DNA of 64,000 nucleotides from Planktothrix sp. GU0601_MAG3 (GTDB taxonomy: Bacteria; Cyanobacteriota; Cyanobacteriia; Cyanobacteriales; Microcoleaceae). The position numbers were made by a program, and so were the translations under genes. Below, in pieces: positions 11,894 through 22,699 of this stretch. Positions within the stretch are counted from its first letter, which is position 1. Each line of letters begins with the position of its first letter. The notes under the pieces were generated by a model. That model saw only the letters and a list, made by a program, of their open reading frames with translations, was not told where the DNA came from and ran no database searches. The DNA lies in assembly GCA_035193785.1 (NCBI GenBank), contig CP136572.1, forward strand, positions 4,724,578 to 4,788,577. The letters are read 5' to 3'.

Positions 11894-12649
11894 ATGGATT
11901 CTTATTTGTATCGCTATCCGTCCCTGGAGTCAGGGGTTTTGCTCAAACGCTATAAACGATTTTTAGCGGATATTCAGTTAACCTCTGGGGAGGTCATTAC
12001 CGCCCATTGTCCCAATACCGGGCCGATGACCGGGGTTTGTATCCCTGGAAACCCGGTGATGGTGTCCTACAGCCCCAGTAAAACCCGCAAATATCCCTAC
12101 ACTTGGGAGTTAATTCAGTTAAATTCGGAGGTTGACCCGGTGAGTCACGGGTTAACTTGGGTGGGAGTTAATACCGCTTTACCTAACAAGATTATTAATT
12201 TAGCTTTAATAGAAAGGTTGTTTCCCGAATTAGGAAATTATAGCGAAATTAAAAAAGAAGTTCCCTATGGGATGAATTTAAAAAGTCGGGTTGATTTTCT
12301 GCTGAAGGGGGAAGAAAAACCGATTTATGTAGAGGTGAAAAATACTACTTGGTCTGATGGGAAAATTGCCTTGTTTCCCGATACCGTAACCGAAAGAGGA
12401 CAAAAACATTTAAAGGAATTAATTGAAGTGGTTAAACAAGGCGATCGCGCAGTTATGCTATATTTTATTAATCGGGAAGACTGTACTGAATTTGCCCCTG
12501 GAGACAATGCCGACCCGGTTTATGGTCAACTGTTAAGGGAGGCAATTTTAGCCGGGGTGGAAGTATTACCCTGTCGGTTTGAAATTACCCCCGCAGGCAT
12601 TAAATATTTAGGGTTAGCAGTCTCGTTGTTGGGATGTGGCGCATCGTAA
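11894..12649 (+). CDS. sfsA: DNA/RNA nuclease SfsA
   Basis: RYKRFLAD, AHCPNTGPM, YVEVKN, FPDTVTERGQKHL. Confidence 0.93.
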   Translation: MDSYLYRYPSLESGVLLKRYKRFLADIQLTSGEVITAHCPNTGPMTGVCIPGNPVMVSYSPSKTRKYPYTWELIQLNSEVDPVSHGLTWVGVNTALPNKIINLALIERLFPELGNYSEIKKEVPYGMNLKSRVDFLLKGEEKPIYVEVKNTTWSDGKIALFPDTVTERGQKHLKELIEVVKQGDRAVMLYFINREDCTEFAPGDNADPVYGQLLREAILAGVEVLPCRFEITPAGIKYLGLAVSLLGCGAS

Positions 12650-12672
12650 AAGCATAATTAAAACCAGGGATT

Positions 12673-12775
12673 CAGGACTTACGCACAAGACCCAAGAAAC
12701 CGGGTTTCTGGCTCTGATTTTGCGGATGAAATCGGTGATTTCTCGTTCAGAAACCCGGTTTCTGCGTAAGTCCTA
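12673..12775. mobile_element. 103-bp MITE, copy 1
   Basis: Ends CAGGACTTACGCA...TGCGTAAGTCCTA; 5-bp TSD GGATT (12668-72 and 12776-80); internal AGAAACCGGGTTTCT palindromes. Confidence 0.88.
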
Positions 12776-12831
12776 GGATTATTATAATCGTAGGAATTTG
12801 GTCTCTAAACCCTACGATAAAATGTTACAAC

Positions 12832-14035
12832 TTATTGAGAATTGCTATAACAGTTTTCTACTAAACCCAAAGAATTTTCTAATTGTTCTAAAATAATATC
12901 GGTAACAACTTTAATTCGATAACGACAGGCCATGGTTTCACTACAGGCAAAAGTTCCATTTTCCCAATATTTATTACTGCCCGCACCGCCCCCACAAACT
13001 CCAAAATATTCGCAGGTTTCACGACATAATTTAATCCCTTCCTGCATATCAGCATAAATTTTCTGGAATTTTTCCGTATCACAAACGGACTCAAAACTAT
13101 CTGTTAAAACATTCCCTAAAATAAAATTGCCATAGGGTTCAATATTCACCGATAATAATTCTGGGTCAAAGGTAGAAAAATTCCCTTGATAATCAATATT
13201 AATTAAAACAAAAGGGTTATTCATATCCGTTTGCGTTAAACGGGAATTAGAATAAATTAAACCACAAATTGCTTCAAACTCTCTGAGGTTAAATTCTCCC
13301 TGCACTTCTGAGGTTAATTCCCAAAAACGCTGCATAAATGCACGATATTTTTCCGATGTCCCGATGGCTTCTAAAGTTGAGGATTTATTCACACCTTCAA
13401 TTTCCTCTAAATTAAATCCCACATCATAAATGCCATTATCCCTGAAAAAATGAAAGATTTCATCGGCATAATTAAGGGAATCTTGAGTAACAACGGAAAT
13501 CACATAAAAGGGAATATTGTTTTTTTGTAAGAAAGAAATTCCCCGCATAGTTTGGGCGTGACTTCCTGTTTCCCTTACGGGTTTGACGATGGGCGTCATG
13601 GATGAATTCCGGCCCATCCAAACTCACCCCAACACAAATATTATGTTCTTGAATAAAATCACACCATTTTTGATTAATATAAGTGCCATTGGTTTGAACT
13701 GAATGCCAAATTTTTGCTTGTTTTTGATTGTATTTTTGGTCGGTTTCTTGAATTAGTTTAAATGCTGATTCATAAAAAGAAATCGGAACCGCTAAGGGTT
13801 CTCCTGCGTGCCAACAAACGGTAAATTCATCACCGATAAAAGGAGAGGTAAAGATATTTTCAAAGATAGGTTCAATCAAATCTAAGGATAGAGTATTTTT
13901 TAAGTCTCGGTTAGGTAAATAACAATAATCACAATTAAGATTACAAAAAGATGTGGCTTGAATTACCACTAAATTAATCGGGCCGAATTTGCTAAGATCA
14001 ATTTTTTGATGTTTTAATAAAGTTGGATTTGTCAT
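12832..14035 (-). CDS. grrM: Cyclophane-forming radical SAM/SPASM peptide maturase GrrM/OscB (+1 at GAAC ~13568)
   Basis: QATSFCNLNCDYCY, WHAGEPL, SLDGP, FSTFDPEL, CRETCEYFGVCGGGAGSNKYWENG. Confidence 0.92.
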
Positions 14036-14060
14036 TGATTTTAATGAATTTAAAAGAAGT

Positions 14061-14091
14061 AAAAAATTAGCGTTGCTTGAAATCACAACGC
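14061..14091 (-). terminator. Stem-loop plus U-tract downstream of grrA1
   Basis: Minus strand GCGTTG-N10-CAACGC-TAATTTTTT. Confidence 0.6.
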
Positions 14092-14112
14092 CGTTTGAGG
14101 GAGAGAAAACAT

Positions 14113-14478
14113 CTAGCGGAAATTCACAAAGCGACCCCCATCACCCCAACCATTGCGCCAGTTATTCCCATTGCGCCAGCCACCCCCATCAAGCCAACTC
14201 CTCCCATCTCCCCAGCGACCGCCGCCTCCACGATTAACCCATCCCCGTCCCCCACCATTTCCCCAGGCTCCCCTGGCGATTTGTTCTCCAGGTTGTGGGG
14301 CTTCTGATGTTTGTGGTAATTGGTTTTCTCGCTGTTTTAAAGTTTCTGTAATTCTTGACAAACGGGACTCAATAGTTGTAGATTCTGTGGCTTTAACTGT
14401 AGCATTAGCCGCCGGAATATTTAAAGCACTTAGAGCCAAGAAAAAGCCCACTAATCCTATTTTTGTGCTAATTTCCAA
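14113..14478 (-). CDS. grrA: GrrA/OscA-type Gly-rich RiPP precursor 1
   Basis: Hydrophobic leader, IESRLSRI; core with WGN, WVN, WGD, WLD, WRN, WRN, WGD, FVN; GGAG RBS before a TTG start. Confidence 0.9.
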   Translation of the reverse strand: MEISTKIGLVGFFLALSALNIPAANATVKATESTTIESRLSRITETLKQRENQLPQTSEAPQPGEQIARGAWGNGGGRGWVNRGGGGRWGDGRSWLDGGGWRNGNNWRNGWGDGGRFVNFR

Positions 14479-14553
14479 AATGGTTACTCCTTTTATTAAT
14501 AAATTTCATGGCACTATAGCATAAATTTTGATCTTAATTGATTTAAAAGGGGT

Positions 14554-14585
14554 AAAAAAATTAGCGTTGGTCACCATTGCAACGC
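14554..14585 (-). terminator. Stem-loop plus U-tract downstream of grrA2
   Basis: Same GCGTTG/CAACGC stem as at 14061, different 10-nt loop, T7 tract. Confidence 0.6.
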
Positions 14586-14618
14586 CTTTTTCGAGATGAG
14601 GATAACATCTAAACAGAA

Positions 14619-14943
14619 CTAACGGGAATTGATAAAGCGACCCCCATCGGCCCAATTATTGCGCCAGGTTTCCACCGCCCCCGCCTCCACGATTAACGAA
14701 CCCACCACCACCATTCCCCCAGGCTCCAGCGATTTGTTCTCCTGGTTTGAGGACTTCCGGTTTTTCTGGTAATTGGTTTTCTCGCGCTCTTAAAGTCTCT
14801 GTAATTCTTAACAAACGGGACTCAATAGTTATTGAGGCGAGGGCTAAATCCGTGGTTTTAACTGTAGCGTTTGCCACCGGAATATTTAAAGCACTTAGAG
14901 CCAAGAAAAAGCCGACTAATCCGGTTTTTGTGCTAATTTTCAA
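14619..14943 (-). CDS. grrA: GrrA/OscA-type RiPP precursor 2 (+1 at GAAC ~14668)
   Basis: Leader paralogous to precursor 1; corrected core GAWGNGGGGFVNRGGGGGGTWRNNWADGGRFINSR*. Confidence 0.85.
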
Positions 14944-15051
14944 AGTGGTTACTCCTATTTTTGATAATTTCTCTGGCACTATAACATAAATTTTGATATA
15001 ATGGCGTGTGTTTTCTTAGGAAAACTTTATTAAAGCTGTGTGAGGAAAAAA

Positions 15052-15949
15052 ATGATTTTAGCTAAAAAAATTGCGATCGCTGCTTTGGGTGCTGTTTTTT
15101 CTTTGGGTCTATCGAGTCCGGCTTGGGCGGAAACGGTGATGGAAAAAGTAGCCAGAACCGGGGTATTAACCGCCGGAGTTCAAACGGATTTTATTCCCCT
15201 TTCCTATGTGAATGATCGGGATGAATTAGTTGGTTATTCCATTGATATCCTGAATCAAATTAAAGCCCAACTCGCCAAGGAATTAGGACGGGAGATTACC
15301 TTAGAAACTGGTTCCTCTTAGCATCGGTGAGCGGATTCCTAAAGTATTATCCCGGGATGTTGATATTGTTTGTGAGGATGTAACTTTTACTTGGAATCGC
15401 GATCGCTATGTCGATTTTTCTGTGAGTTATGGAGTGACAGGAACCCGGTTATTAGTTAAAAAAGGAAGTAATTTAGGCACACCAGAATCCTTAGCTGATC
15501 GGAAAATTGGCGTATTAGAAAATAGCAGTAGTGAATCAACAATCCGAGTCGTACAACCCCAAGCCAAAATAGTCAAATTTAAGACCATTGGCGAGGGAAT
15601 TGCCGCCTTAAAACAGGGTCAAATTGATGCTTTTGGTTCCGATGGTGTTCTCCTAGAAGGAACTCGACAAACCCTTCCTGACCGGGATGCTTTAGAAGTG
15701 GTTCCAAATCTTCCCTATACCCGGGAGGGAATTGCTTGTATCGTCCCCGAAAATAATTCTGCTTTTTTAGATCGGGTGAATTATGCGATCGTAAAATTGA
15801 TGCAGGGTTATGTTTTAGGAGATAAAGAATCCGTGGCTATTATTGATCAATGGTTTGGGAAAGATGGTGTGATCACAATAGATCAGGATTTAATCAAAAA
15901 TTATTTTCAAGGTGTGATTGACTCTAGGGAGCAAATCAAACTTAACTAA
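15052..15949 (+). CDS. grrP: Extracellular substrate-binding-like orphan protein GrrP (+1 at GAAC ~15304)
   Basis: Signal peptide, ETVMEKVARTGVL, TFTWNRDRYVDFSVSYGVTGTRLL; divergent from grrA. Confidence 0.82.
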
Positions 15950-16149
15950 CAATATAGCAATTCCTATAGGAATTGTAAAAAAACACTTTAAGGGCGGGTT
16001 CACCAGTCACTTTTGCTTGCTAAAAATAATTTTTATAAATCCACTTTTTAATTAATAAAAATTGACAGGATTAATTAGGATGGATTTAGATAGATTAGTG
16101 TCGAGAAGCAGAAGATCAGGAAGAACTCGCCTCTAGGGGGTTAGACTGA

Positions 16150-16252
16150 TAGGACTTACGCAGAAACCGGGTTTCTGAATGAGAAATCACCGATTTCATC
16201 CGCAAAATCTGGGCTAGAAACCCGGTTTCTTTGGTCTTGTGCGTAAGTCCTG
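16150..16252. mobile_element. 103-bp MITE, copy 2 (inverted relative to copy 1)
   Basis: TAGGACTTACGCA...TGCGTAAGTCCTG; 5-bp TSD ACTGA (16145-49 and 16253-57). Confidence 0.88.
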
Positions 16253-16282
16253 ACTGATAAAATAAAAATCAATCCATTATCT

Positions 16283-16567
16283 ATGATTACTTCTTTTTCC
16301 TGCAAGGAAACGGAAAAAATATGGAATGGAAAATTATCACGAAAGTTTCCACCAGACATCCAATAAAGAGCTTTGCGTAAATTACGACAAATCAATGCGT
16401 CAGCCCGATTAGATGACCTACGAATTCCACCAGGAAATCGCTTAGAAGCTCTATCAGGTGATAGAATAGGGAAATATAGCATCAGAATCAATCAACAGTG
16501 GCGAATTTGTTTTATTTGGTATAATGGAGAGGTTTCAGGAGTCGAGATTGTTGATTATCACGATTAA
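16283..16567 (+). pseudogene. higB: HigB/RelE-family toxin with an in-frame nonsense codon
   Basis: MITSFSCKETEKIW...PPDIQ*RALRKL...[34 protein letters not shown] at 16364-16366. Confidence 0.82.
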
Positions 16568-16572
16568 AAATT

Positions 16573-16875
16573 ATGAATGAAATTTCACTCTATAATCCCC
16601 ATGCTGGAGATATCTTAAAACATGAATTTTTAGAAGAATTAGGAATTAATCAAAATAGTTTGGCATTGGCAATTGATGTTAGTTCTAATAAAATTCATGC
16701 TATTATTAAGGGAGAATGTCCAGTGACGGCTGAGATAGATTTATGCTTATGTCGTTATTTTGGACTTTCAGAAGGATATTTTTTAAGATTACAAAATACC
16801 TATGAAATTATGGAGGCTAAACGAAAATTAGGAGAAAAATTAAATCAGATTCACCCTTATTCCTATAGCCAGTAA
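16573..16875 (+). CDS. higA: HigA-family antitoxin (Xre HTH)
   Basis: HAGDILKHEFLEELGINQ..LA, YFGLSEGYFLRLQ; directly follows higB. Confidence 0.88.
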   Translation: MNEISLYNPHAGDILKHEFLEELGINQNSLALAIDVSSNKIHAIIKGECPVTAEIDLCLCRYFGLSEGYFLRLQNTYEIMEAKRKLGEKLNQIHPYSYSQ

Positions 16876-16978
16876 ATTCTTGATTGTATATAAAAAAAGG
16901 GGGTTAGGGGGTATCTATCGGGTAACAAATGGCGGTATTATGGAATTTGTAACCACTGAATTATGAGTTGATCAGAAT

Positions 16979-17185
16979 ATGACTGAACCCAAAAGTGAAA
17001 AGCTAACTCGGGCTTTGAATCAATTAATTGAAGAACATGGGATTAAAAATGTTGTCCATTATTTAGCCCATCATTGTTTTAAAGAAGCGGAATTTTTGCG
17101 ACAAGATCGGAGTACAGATCTGGCTGAAAATTGGCAGGATATTGCGGAGAAACTACAAAAAGTTATGGAAAATCAAGAATCCTAA
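16979..17185 (+). CDS. Small hypothetical protein
   Basis: 68-aa ORF with host-like codon usage. Confidence 0.55.
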   Translation: MTEPKSEKLTRALNQLIEEHGIKNVVHYLAHHCFKEAEFLRQDRSTDLAENWQDIAEKLQKVMENQES

Positions 17186-17380
17186 TTGTGATGTAGTGAT
17201 CTTAAAATAGGTTGTGATATCTTATTGTAAGGTTTTGGGGTTCAAACCCCATTCTTATTTTCAGTTTGGAGACCAAACCCCTACAGTTTTTTCATTTAAT
17301 TAAACCTAGATAGTACAGTCTTTTCCTCCCTATTCCCTATTCCCTATTCCCTGTTCCCTGTTCCCTATTCCCTTAATAAT

Positions 17381-19688
17381 ATGACCAGTTTCACAACCGT
17401 TGTTTTCAGATATTAGCCAACATTGGGCGCGTCCGTTTATTCAACGTTTGCAAGCTCAAGGTTTAATTAGTGGATTTAAGGATAATACATTCCGCCCCGA
17501 TCAAAATTTAACCCGGGGGGAATTTGCTACTATTTTAAAGATGGCATTTCCCACTCCTGCTAAACGTGAATATATTCCTTTTAAGGATGTTCCCAAGGAT
17601 TTTTGGGCGGCGGAAGCAATTAAAATCGCCTATCAATCTGGCTTTATTTCAGGGTTTCCTGATGGACAGTTTCTTCCCCAAAGTCCAGTAACACGCTTAC
17701 AGGTTTTATTAGCTTTAGTTTCAGGCTTAAATTTACCTCCAGGAGAGAGTTTAAACTTAAAGGTTATTTATGAAGATGGGGATAAAATTCCCAGCTATGG
17801 GACGGAAGCTATGATTGCCGCAACTCGTTCTGAATTGGTAGTTAATTACCCCTATCCCCAAGTTTTTAATCCTAATTCTAATGCAACTAGGGGAGAAGTT
17901 GTTAGTATTATTTATCAAGCTTTAGTGTTGCTAAAAAAAGCGAATCAGATTATTTCTCCCTATATTATATCCTTAGCCCACCCCGGAATTATTAAAACGG
18001 GAACCCATCTTTCTGTGAATGGGAGAAAATGGAAATTACCCTGGAGTCAATGGAATTCAGGAATCTCTACGAATACGGGAATTAGTGATAAGGGAATTAT
18101 CCAAGTTTTAGGAATTAATCCCTTAAATACAACGGAAGCCAGTCTCCAACCTTTAAGTTGGTTTTCTTTACATTCAACTCCAGGGACTTTTTTAGATGCC
18201 AAATTTCGTTATGTGAAAATTGATCAATTAGCGGAATTATCAGCCTGGGATTTAGAAATTCAAGAAAATACGCTGAATATTATCTCTAAAATTGGCAATA
18301 TTCAAACCCTAAACTTTGAGGAACGTGGGAATATTTCCCAAATGACGATAACATTAAATCAACCGACCCCCTGGGAACTCTATCAACAAAATACTCAATG
18401 GGAAGTGGTGGTTGATGGGATCACAAATCCGACCATTGCTAAACCCTTTCAAGACCCGACTCAACCCCCAACTAATTCTGGAACTTCTGCACAACAAAAT
18501 GAAGGAGAAACCGGAGTCACAACTCAAAAACCCTCCCGTCCTTTGGTGAAGATTGTGAATAATCAAACGGTGATTCAAGGAACTTTACCTGGTGGTTATG
18601 GGGTAAAAGTTTCTACCTTAAATAATCCGAATCGTATTTTAATTGAGTTACGCCAGGATGCTTTAATTGAAAGGGATATTACTTGGGCAAAAGGATTACG
18701 TTGGCGACAAAATTATCTAACTTTAAATAATAGCCGTTTTCCGGTGGTTTGGTTTATGATAAATCCCGATCTTGGCTTGAATTTACGCCCGATTTGGGCG
18801 AGTCAAACGGGGATGAAAGGCATTGACAGTTTAGCCAAAACCGTTGATAATAGTCAATGTATTGGGGCAATTAATGCCGGATATTTTAACCGGAATAATC
18901 TTTTTCCTTTAGGGGCAATTCGCCGAGAAAATAAATGGTTTTCAGGGCCAATTTTAAACCGAGGAGCGATCGCTTGGAATGATTTGGGACAGGTAAAGTT
19001 TGCCCGTTTAAGTTTAAAAGAAACCCTGATTCCCTCATTGGGACAACCCTTAGACTGTGAATTACTTAATACCGGATATGTGAAAGCGGGTATTGCTCGT
19101 TATACTTCGGAATGGGGCGAAAGTTATACCCCCTTAACCGCGAATGAAATTGTAATTGTGGTGGAAAATAATATCGTCAAACAACAACTCGAACAAACAA
19201 ATACGACCACCGCTATTCCTATTCCTAAAACCGGTTATTTATTAACTTTGCGCTCCTTTCGGAGTGCTTTAAATTCCTTTGTTGTTGGTACATCTATTAG
19301 AATTGAATCCCAAACCACGCCCTCGGATTTTAATTCCTTTCCCCATATTTTAGGCGGCGGGCCATTATTATTACAAAACGGCCAGGTGGTGGTAGATGCG
19401 ATCGCCGAAGGGTTTAGTCCCGCCTTTGCCGATCAGTCGGCCATTCGTAGCGGCGTGGGAATCACCGCCAAGGGGGAATGGATCGTCGCCACCGTCCATA
19501 ACCGCGTCGGAGGGGTGGGGGCCAAATTAACCGAAATGGCGCTCTTAATGCAGCAATTAGGAGCCACTGAGGCGTTAAATTTAGACGGGGGAAGTTCCAC
19601 AAATTTAGTTTTAGGAGGTCAACTTTTAAACCGTATCCCCGATACCGCCGCCCCAGTTCATAATGGTTTGGGGGTATTTCGTCTTTGA
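17381..19688 (+). CDS. S-layer homology (SLH) domain plus phosphodiester glycosidase (NAGPA/DUF2233-like) protein
   Basis: Three SLH repeats (FSDISQHWA, GFPDGQF, TRGE); C-terminal AINAGYF, GGGPLL, ALNLDGGSST; ATG 17381 joins after removing +1 at GTTC ~17388. Confidence 0.85.
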
Positions 19689-19761
19689 TACTGATAAAGA
19701 TGGTATTGGCTGTGAAGGACGTTAATCCCATTGTATCCATACATCAGTTAATATTCAGTTA

Positions 19762-22453
19762 TCATAAGGGATTAAATCTACTGCTAGTTGACCAGTGATC
19801 ATTCATAAAATCATCAATATCGGATTGTTTCCATATCAACTGAAAAGCAATAAAGACTTGTACATTTATCATTAGGAGACATTCTCCGAGGGTATTTGTC
19901 ATTCTCATAGGTTTTGGCATATATCTTAACTCTCCCTGTCCAACCATTAGGAACTTGACTAATATCTTTCTCGTTAACAAGTCCCATATTAATAAATCCA
20001 GGTTGTCCATCAAACCCTTCGACTCCGCTCAGGACAGGCTTCCCTTCTAAACTAACTTTATCCTTGCCATTAATATTAAGAAAACTACTCCTAACGGTTA
20101 TTTCTTCTCCATTCCAAGCATTCAACTGGGGACGAGCAAATGCGGTGAATTGAACGGCATAAATTGTTATTAACCAAACTTTTTTATTTTCTAAATTCTT
20201 TAGTTCTTCAATAATCTGATCACAAAATAATAGAAAAACCATCCCCGCAGTTCCCGATTTAGCTAAATGATTGACTCTCCAATATGATGCTGCCCAAGTT
20301 TTGGGAGGATAAGGTTTACGGAAAGGATTGAGGGTTTCCCTCATAATAACTTCAGTCGAAGCTCTAAATTTAGCCGTGACTTCTTTGACTAATCTATCAT
20401 CATCATTAGCGGCTTTATAAGCCAATGCTGCACCCATTTCGGCTCTATAAGCGTCACGTTCTCGTAGTGCGATCGCATCCTGAACAGCATCAGATACAAC
20501 AAGAGAAAATAAAGTAAATCTATAATCTATTGGGACTGTATCTCCCCCAAGATTAGGATATCGCCAATAACTATTAACTAAAGTTATTATTCGAGTAACA
20601 GTATCAGTTAAATTGTTATTAACCAAACAAGGACGAGTAAAATAACAATCATCAGATTTTAAGTCTTTGATCCATTGAATATCAGCACCAGATTTATCTA
20701 GGAAATCCCTCACCATGTCCAGACCAGGCTGATTATTAGGATAAGCTGATTTTAGTCTATCGACAGCAATTTGCATCTCCTGGGCAAGAAAGTCAAGTAT
20801 TCTCATTTCACCTTCACTGGGAATATTGAGAACAATTAACTCAGCATCAATAGCTCTAGCTCGTGCCATCAAACTAGCAACCAGACCAGCTAGATTATTC
20901 ATTGAATTAACGGAAATTTGTTGAAGATTTCCTTTGAGTGCAAGTTTAGGAAATTTCTTAACTTTTGGAGGGCTATCCATATCATATAAAGCAGCAGTAA
21001 TAGATGGATATTTTTGACTATTTATTAATTGAATATAATCGCCGTTGGCATCCCTCCCCAGACTCAATAAAAGTTCACGAGTTGCGGCGACGATTCCTTT
21101 AGTATTTTTGAAGTTACCTTCATAAACATTATTCCAAAGTTGAACATTTCCCCAATGTCGCATCGAATTACCAAATACAATATAAGAGCCTTCTTTAAAA
21201 CTTGGTGAACAGAAGGTTTTGGGTTGATAAACAAAATCATTGCCATCAGCTTGTTGATATTTTTCCAGGTAGGTATCAGAAGTACACATAACAGAATAGA
21301 ACCTTACACCTGCTGATTTAGCAAGGTTTTTCCACATATCTCTGAGCCTAAATTTAACCTGTTTAAGAACATAAGGATGCAACAATAAAACCCCAGATTT
21401 ATCAGCTTTAATTATTTTGATAACCGAATCAATATAAGCTACTTCTGTATCGGGATTATCGTCAAGATTCGCTAATTCTTGTTCAGCTTCTTCTAAATCA
21501 ATTCGGAGGAGATCAGCTAATTTATGAATATCATCTAGGGCTGAACTAAGTTGATGACATTTCTCATGGAGTCTAGTAATTATTCCATCTTGTTCAAGAG
21601 TTTCAAAACTAAACCATTGCCAAAACATCCAACCTGGTTTAGTACGGCGCTCCTGGGCCTCATGAACTACACCAATTAGAACTTTACCTGTATGATTACC
21701 GAGTGCGGGTTTATTACCTTTAAAACAAGAGAGGGGAATAACTAAATCATAATCAGCAAAACGTTTATCCAATTCAAATTTAGGATGGTAGGAAGCGGTT
21801 CCTTTTGCCACCCATTCTTTAAATATTGCAGCACAGAATTGAACTGTTATTGGATGATCAGGATTATTTGGATCAATATCAATTGGATTCCCAGGGTCAG
21901 TCTCAATAGCTTCTAACAGGTATAGAAGACTTTTAGACATTTTGGCATGAGAATCTCCAGAGTTCCAATGAACATCATTTACTCCATCATCTTGGGCATT
22001 CCCATCCCGATCTTGACGTTCATCATCAACAACAATGTATTTCATCTCCCGATAAAACATTCGATTGCATTCGGTATGTAAGATACTTCCATAAATAATT
22101 CTTTTCCAATCTTCTTCAAAATAATGTTGCCCAATTGTTCTTTTGGGAGTAAATAAAAATCTTCCATGTGTTCTTGAATTAGATGCTAAATCCAGAAAAT
22201 AAGTGCCTTCGTTGCTTCCTGGGATTTCAAAAGGGTCTAATAAACTTGGGTTAGTTGATGTTTTGGGAATTTCACCAATAATAAATTCTTTATGCGAGTA
22301 TAGAGCCCCTAACATTGTATTACGGAGAACTACTGGTGGTGCAGATGAATACCTCTGAGTTATGCAATCCCAAACAGAGAAAGTTGAAACTGTTTCTATC
22401 TGACCTTCACTGCCATCTTCTTTGAATTTTGTGTTCTTAAATATTGTTGGCAT
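19762..22453 (-). CDS. Large orphan protein resembling single-subunit two-barrel (RdRP/YonO-like) RNA polymerase; degenerate catalytic loop
   Basis: Motifs in order: GDSHAKMS, QFCAA..WVAKGT, NSMRHWGN, GRDANGD, QIAVDRLKS; AGGAG RBS; C-terminus extends to 19762 after removing +1 at GAAC ~19827. Confidence 0.65.
20015..20038 (-). repeat. 24-nt short dispersed repeat apparently inserted in frame (PVLSGVEG)
   Basis: CCTGTCCTGAGCGGAGTCGAAGGG, a GC-rich tract in an AT-rich gene; resembles cyanobacterial SDR1-type repeats. Confidence 0.6.
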
Positions 22454-22480
22454 AATTTACTCCTACAATTATTTAATTGA

Positions 22481-22699
22481 TTAATAAGGAGTATAAGCCA
22501 TCAAAACAGCCCAAGCTCCACCAAATAAAGTTCCGGTTGCCAAACCAACTGTCGGCAGAAGTTGAGGTAAAGTTTTTAGAACTCCTGCTGCTAAATATGG
22601 ACTAGGACTAGCCCAGGCTGAACCAATAGCTTTACAGACCACTGATGTTACTGTATAGGTTAGCTCGGTGTTGTCGAAAATGGTAGCATCACTTAGGCG
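22481..22699 (-). pseudogene. 5'-truncated gene remnant upstream of the polymerase-like gene
   Basis: 72 open codons RLSDATIFDNTELTYTVTSVVCKAIG...LFGGAWAVLMAYTPY* with no ATG start near the 5' end; stops 27 nt before the next ATG. Confidence 0.5.

Noticed and set aside
12673..16252. Composite transposon that delivered the grr cluster
   Set aside because: Each MITE has its own TSD and the outer flanks (GGATT vs ACTGA) do not match.
16156..16491. 111-aa minus-strand ORF and other short antisense ORFs (e.g. 10263-10643, 14153-14524, 41949-42311)
   Set aside because: They are shadows of real genes or of the MITE on the opposite strand.
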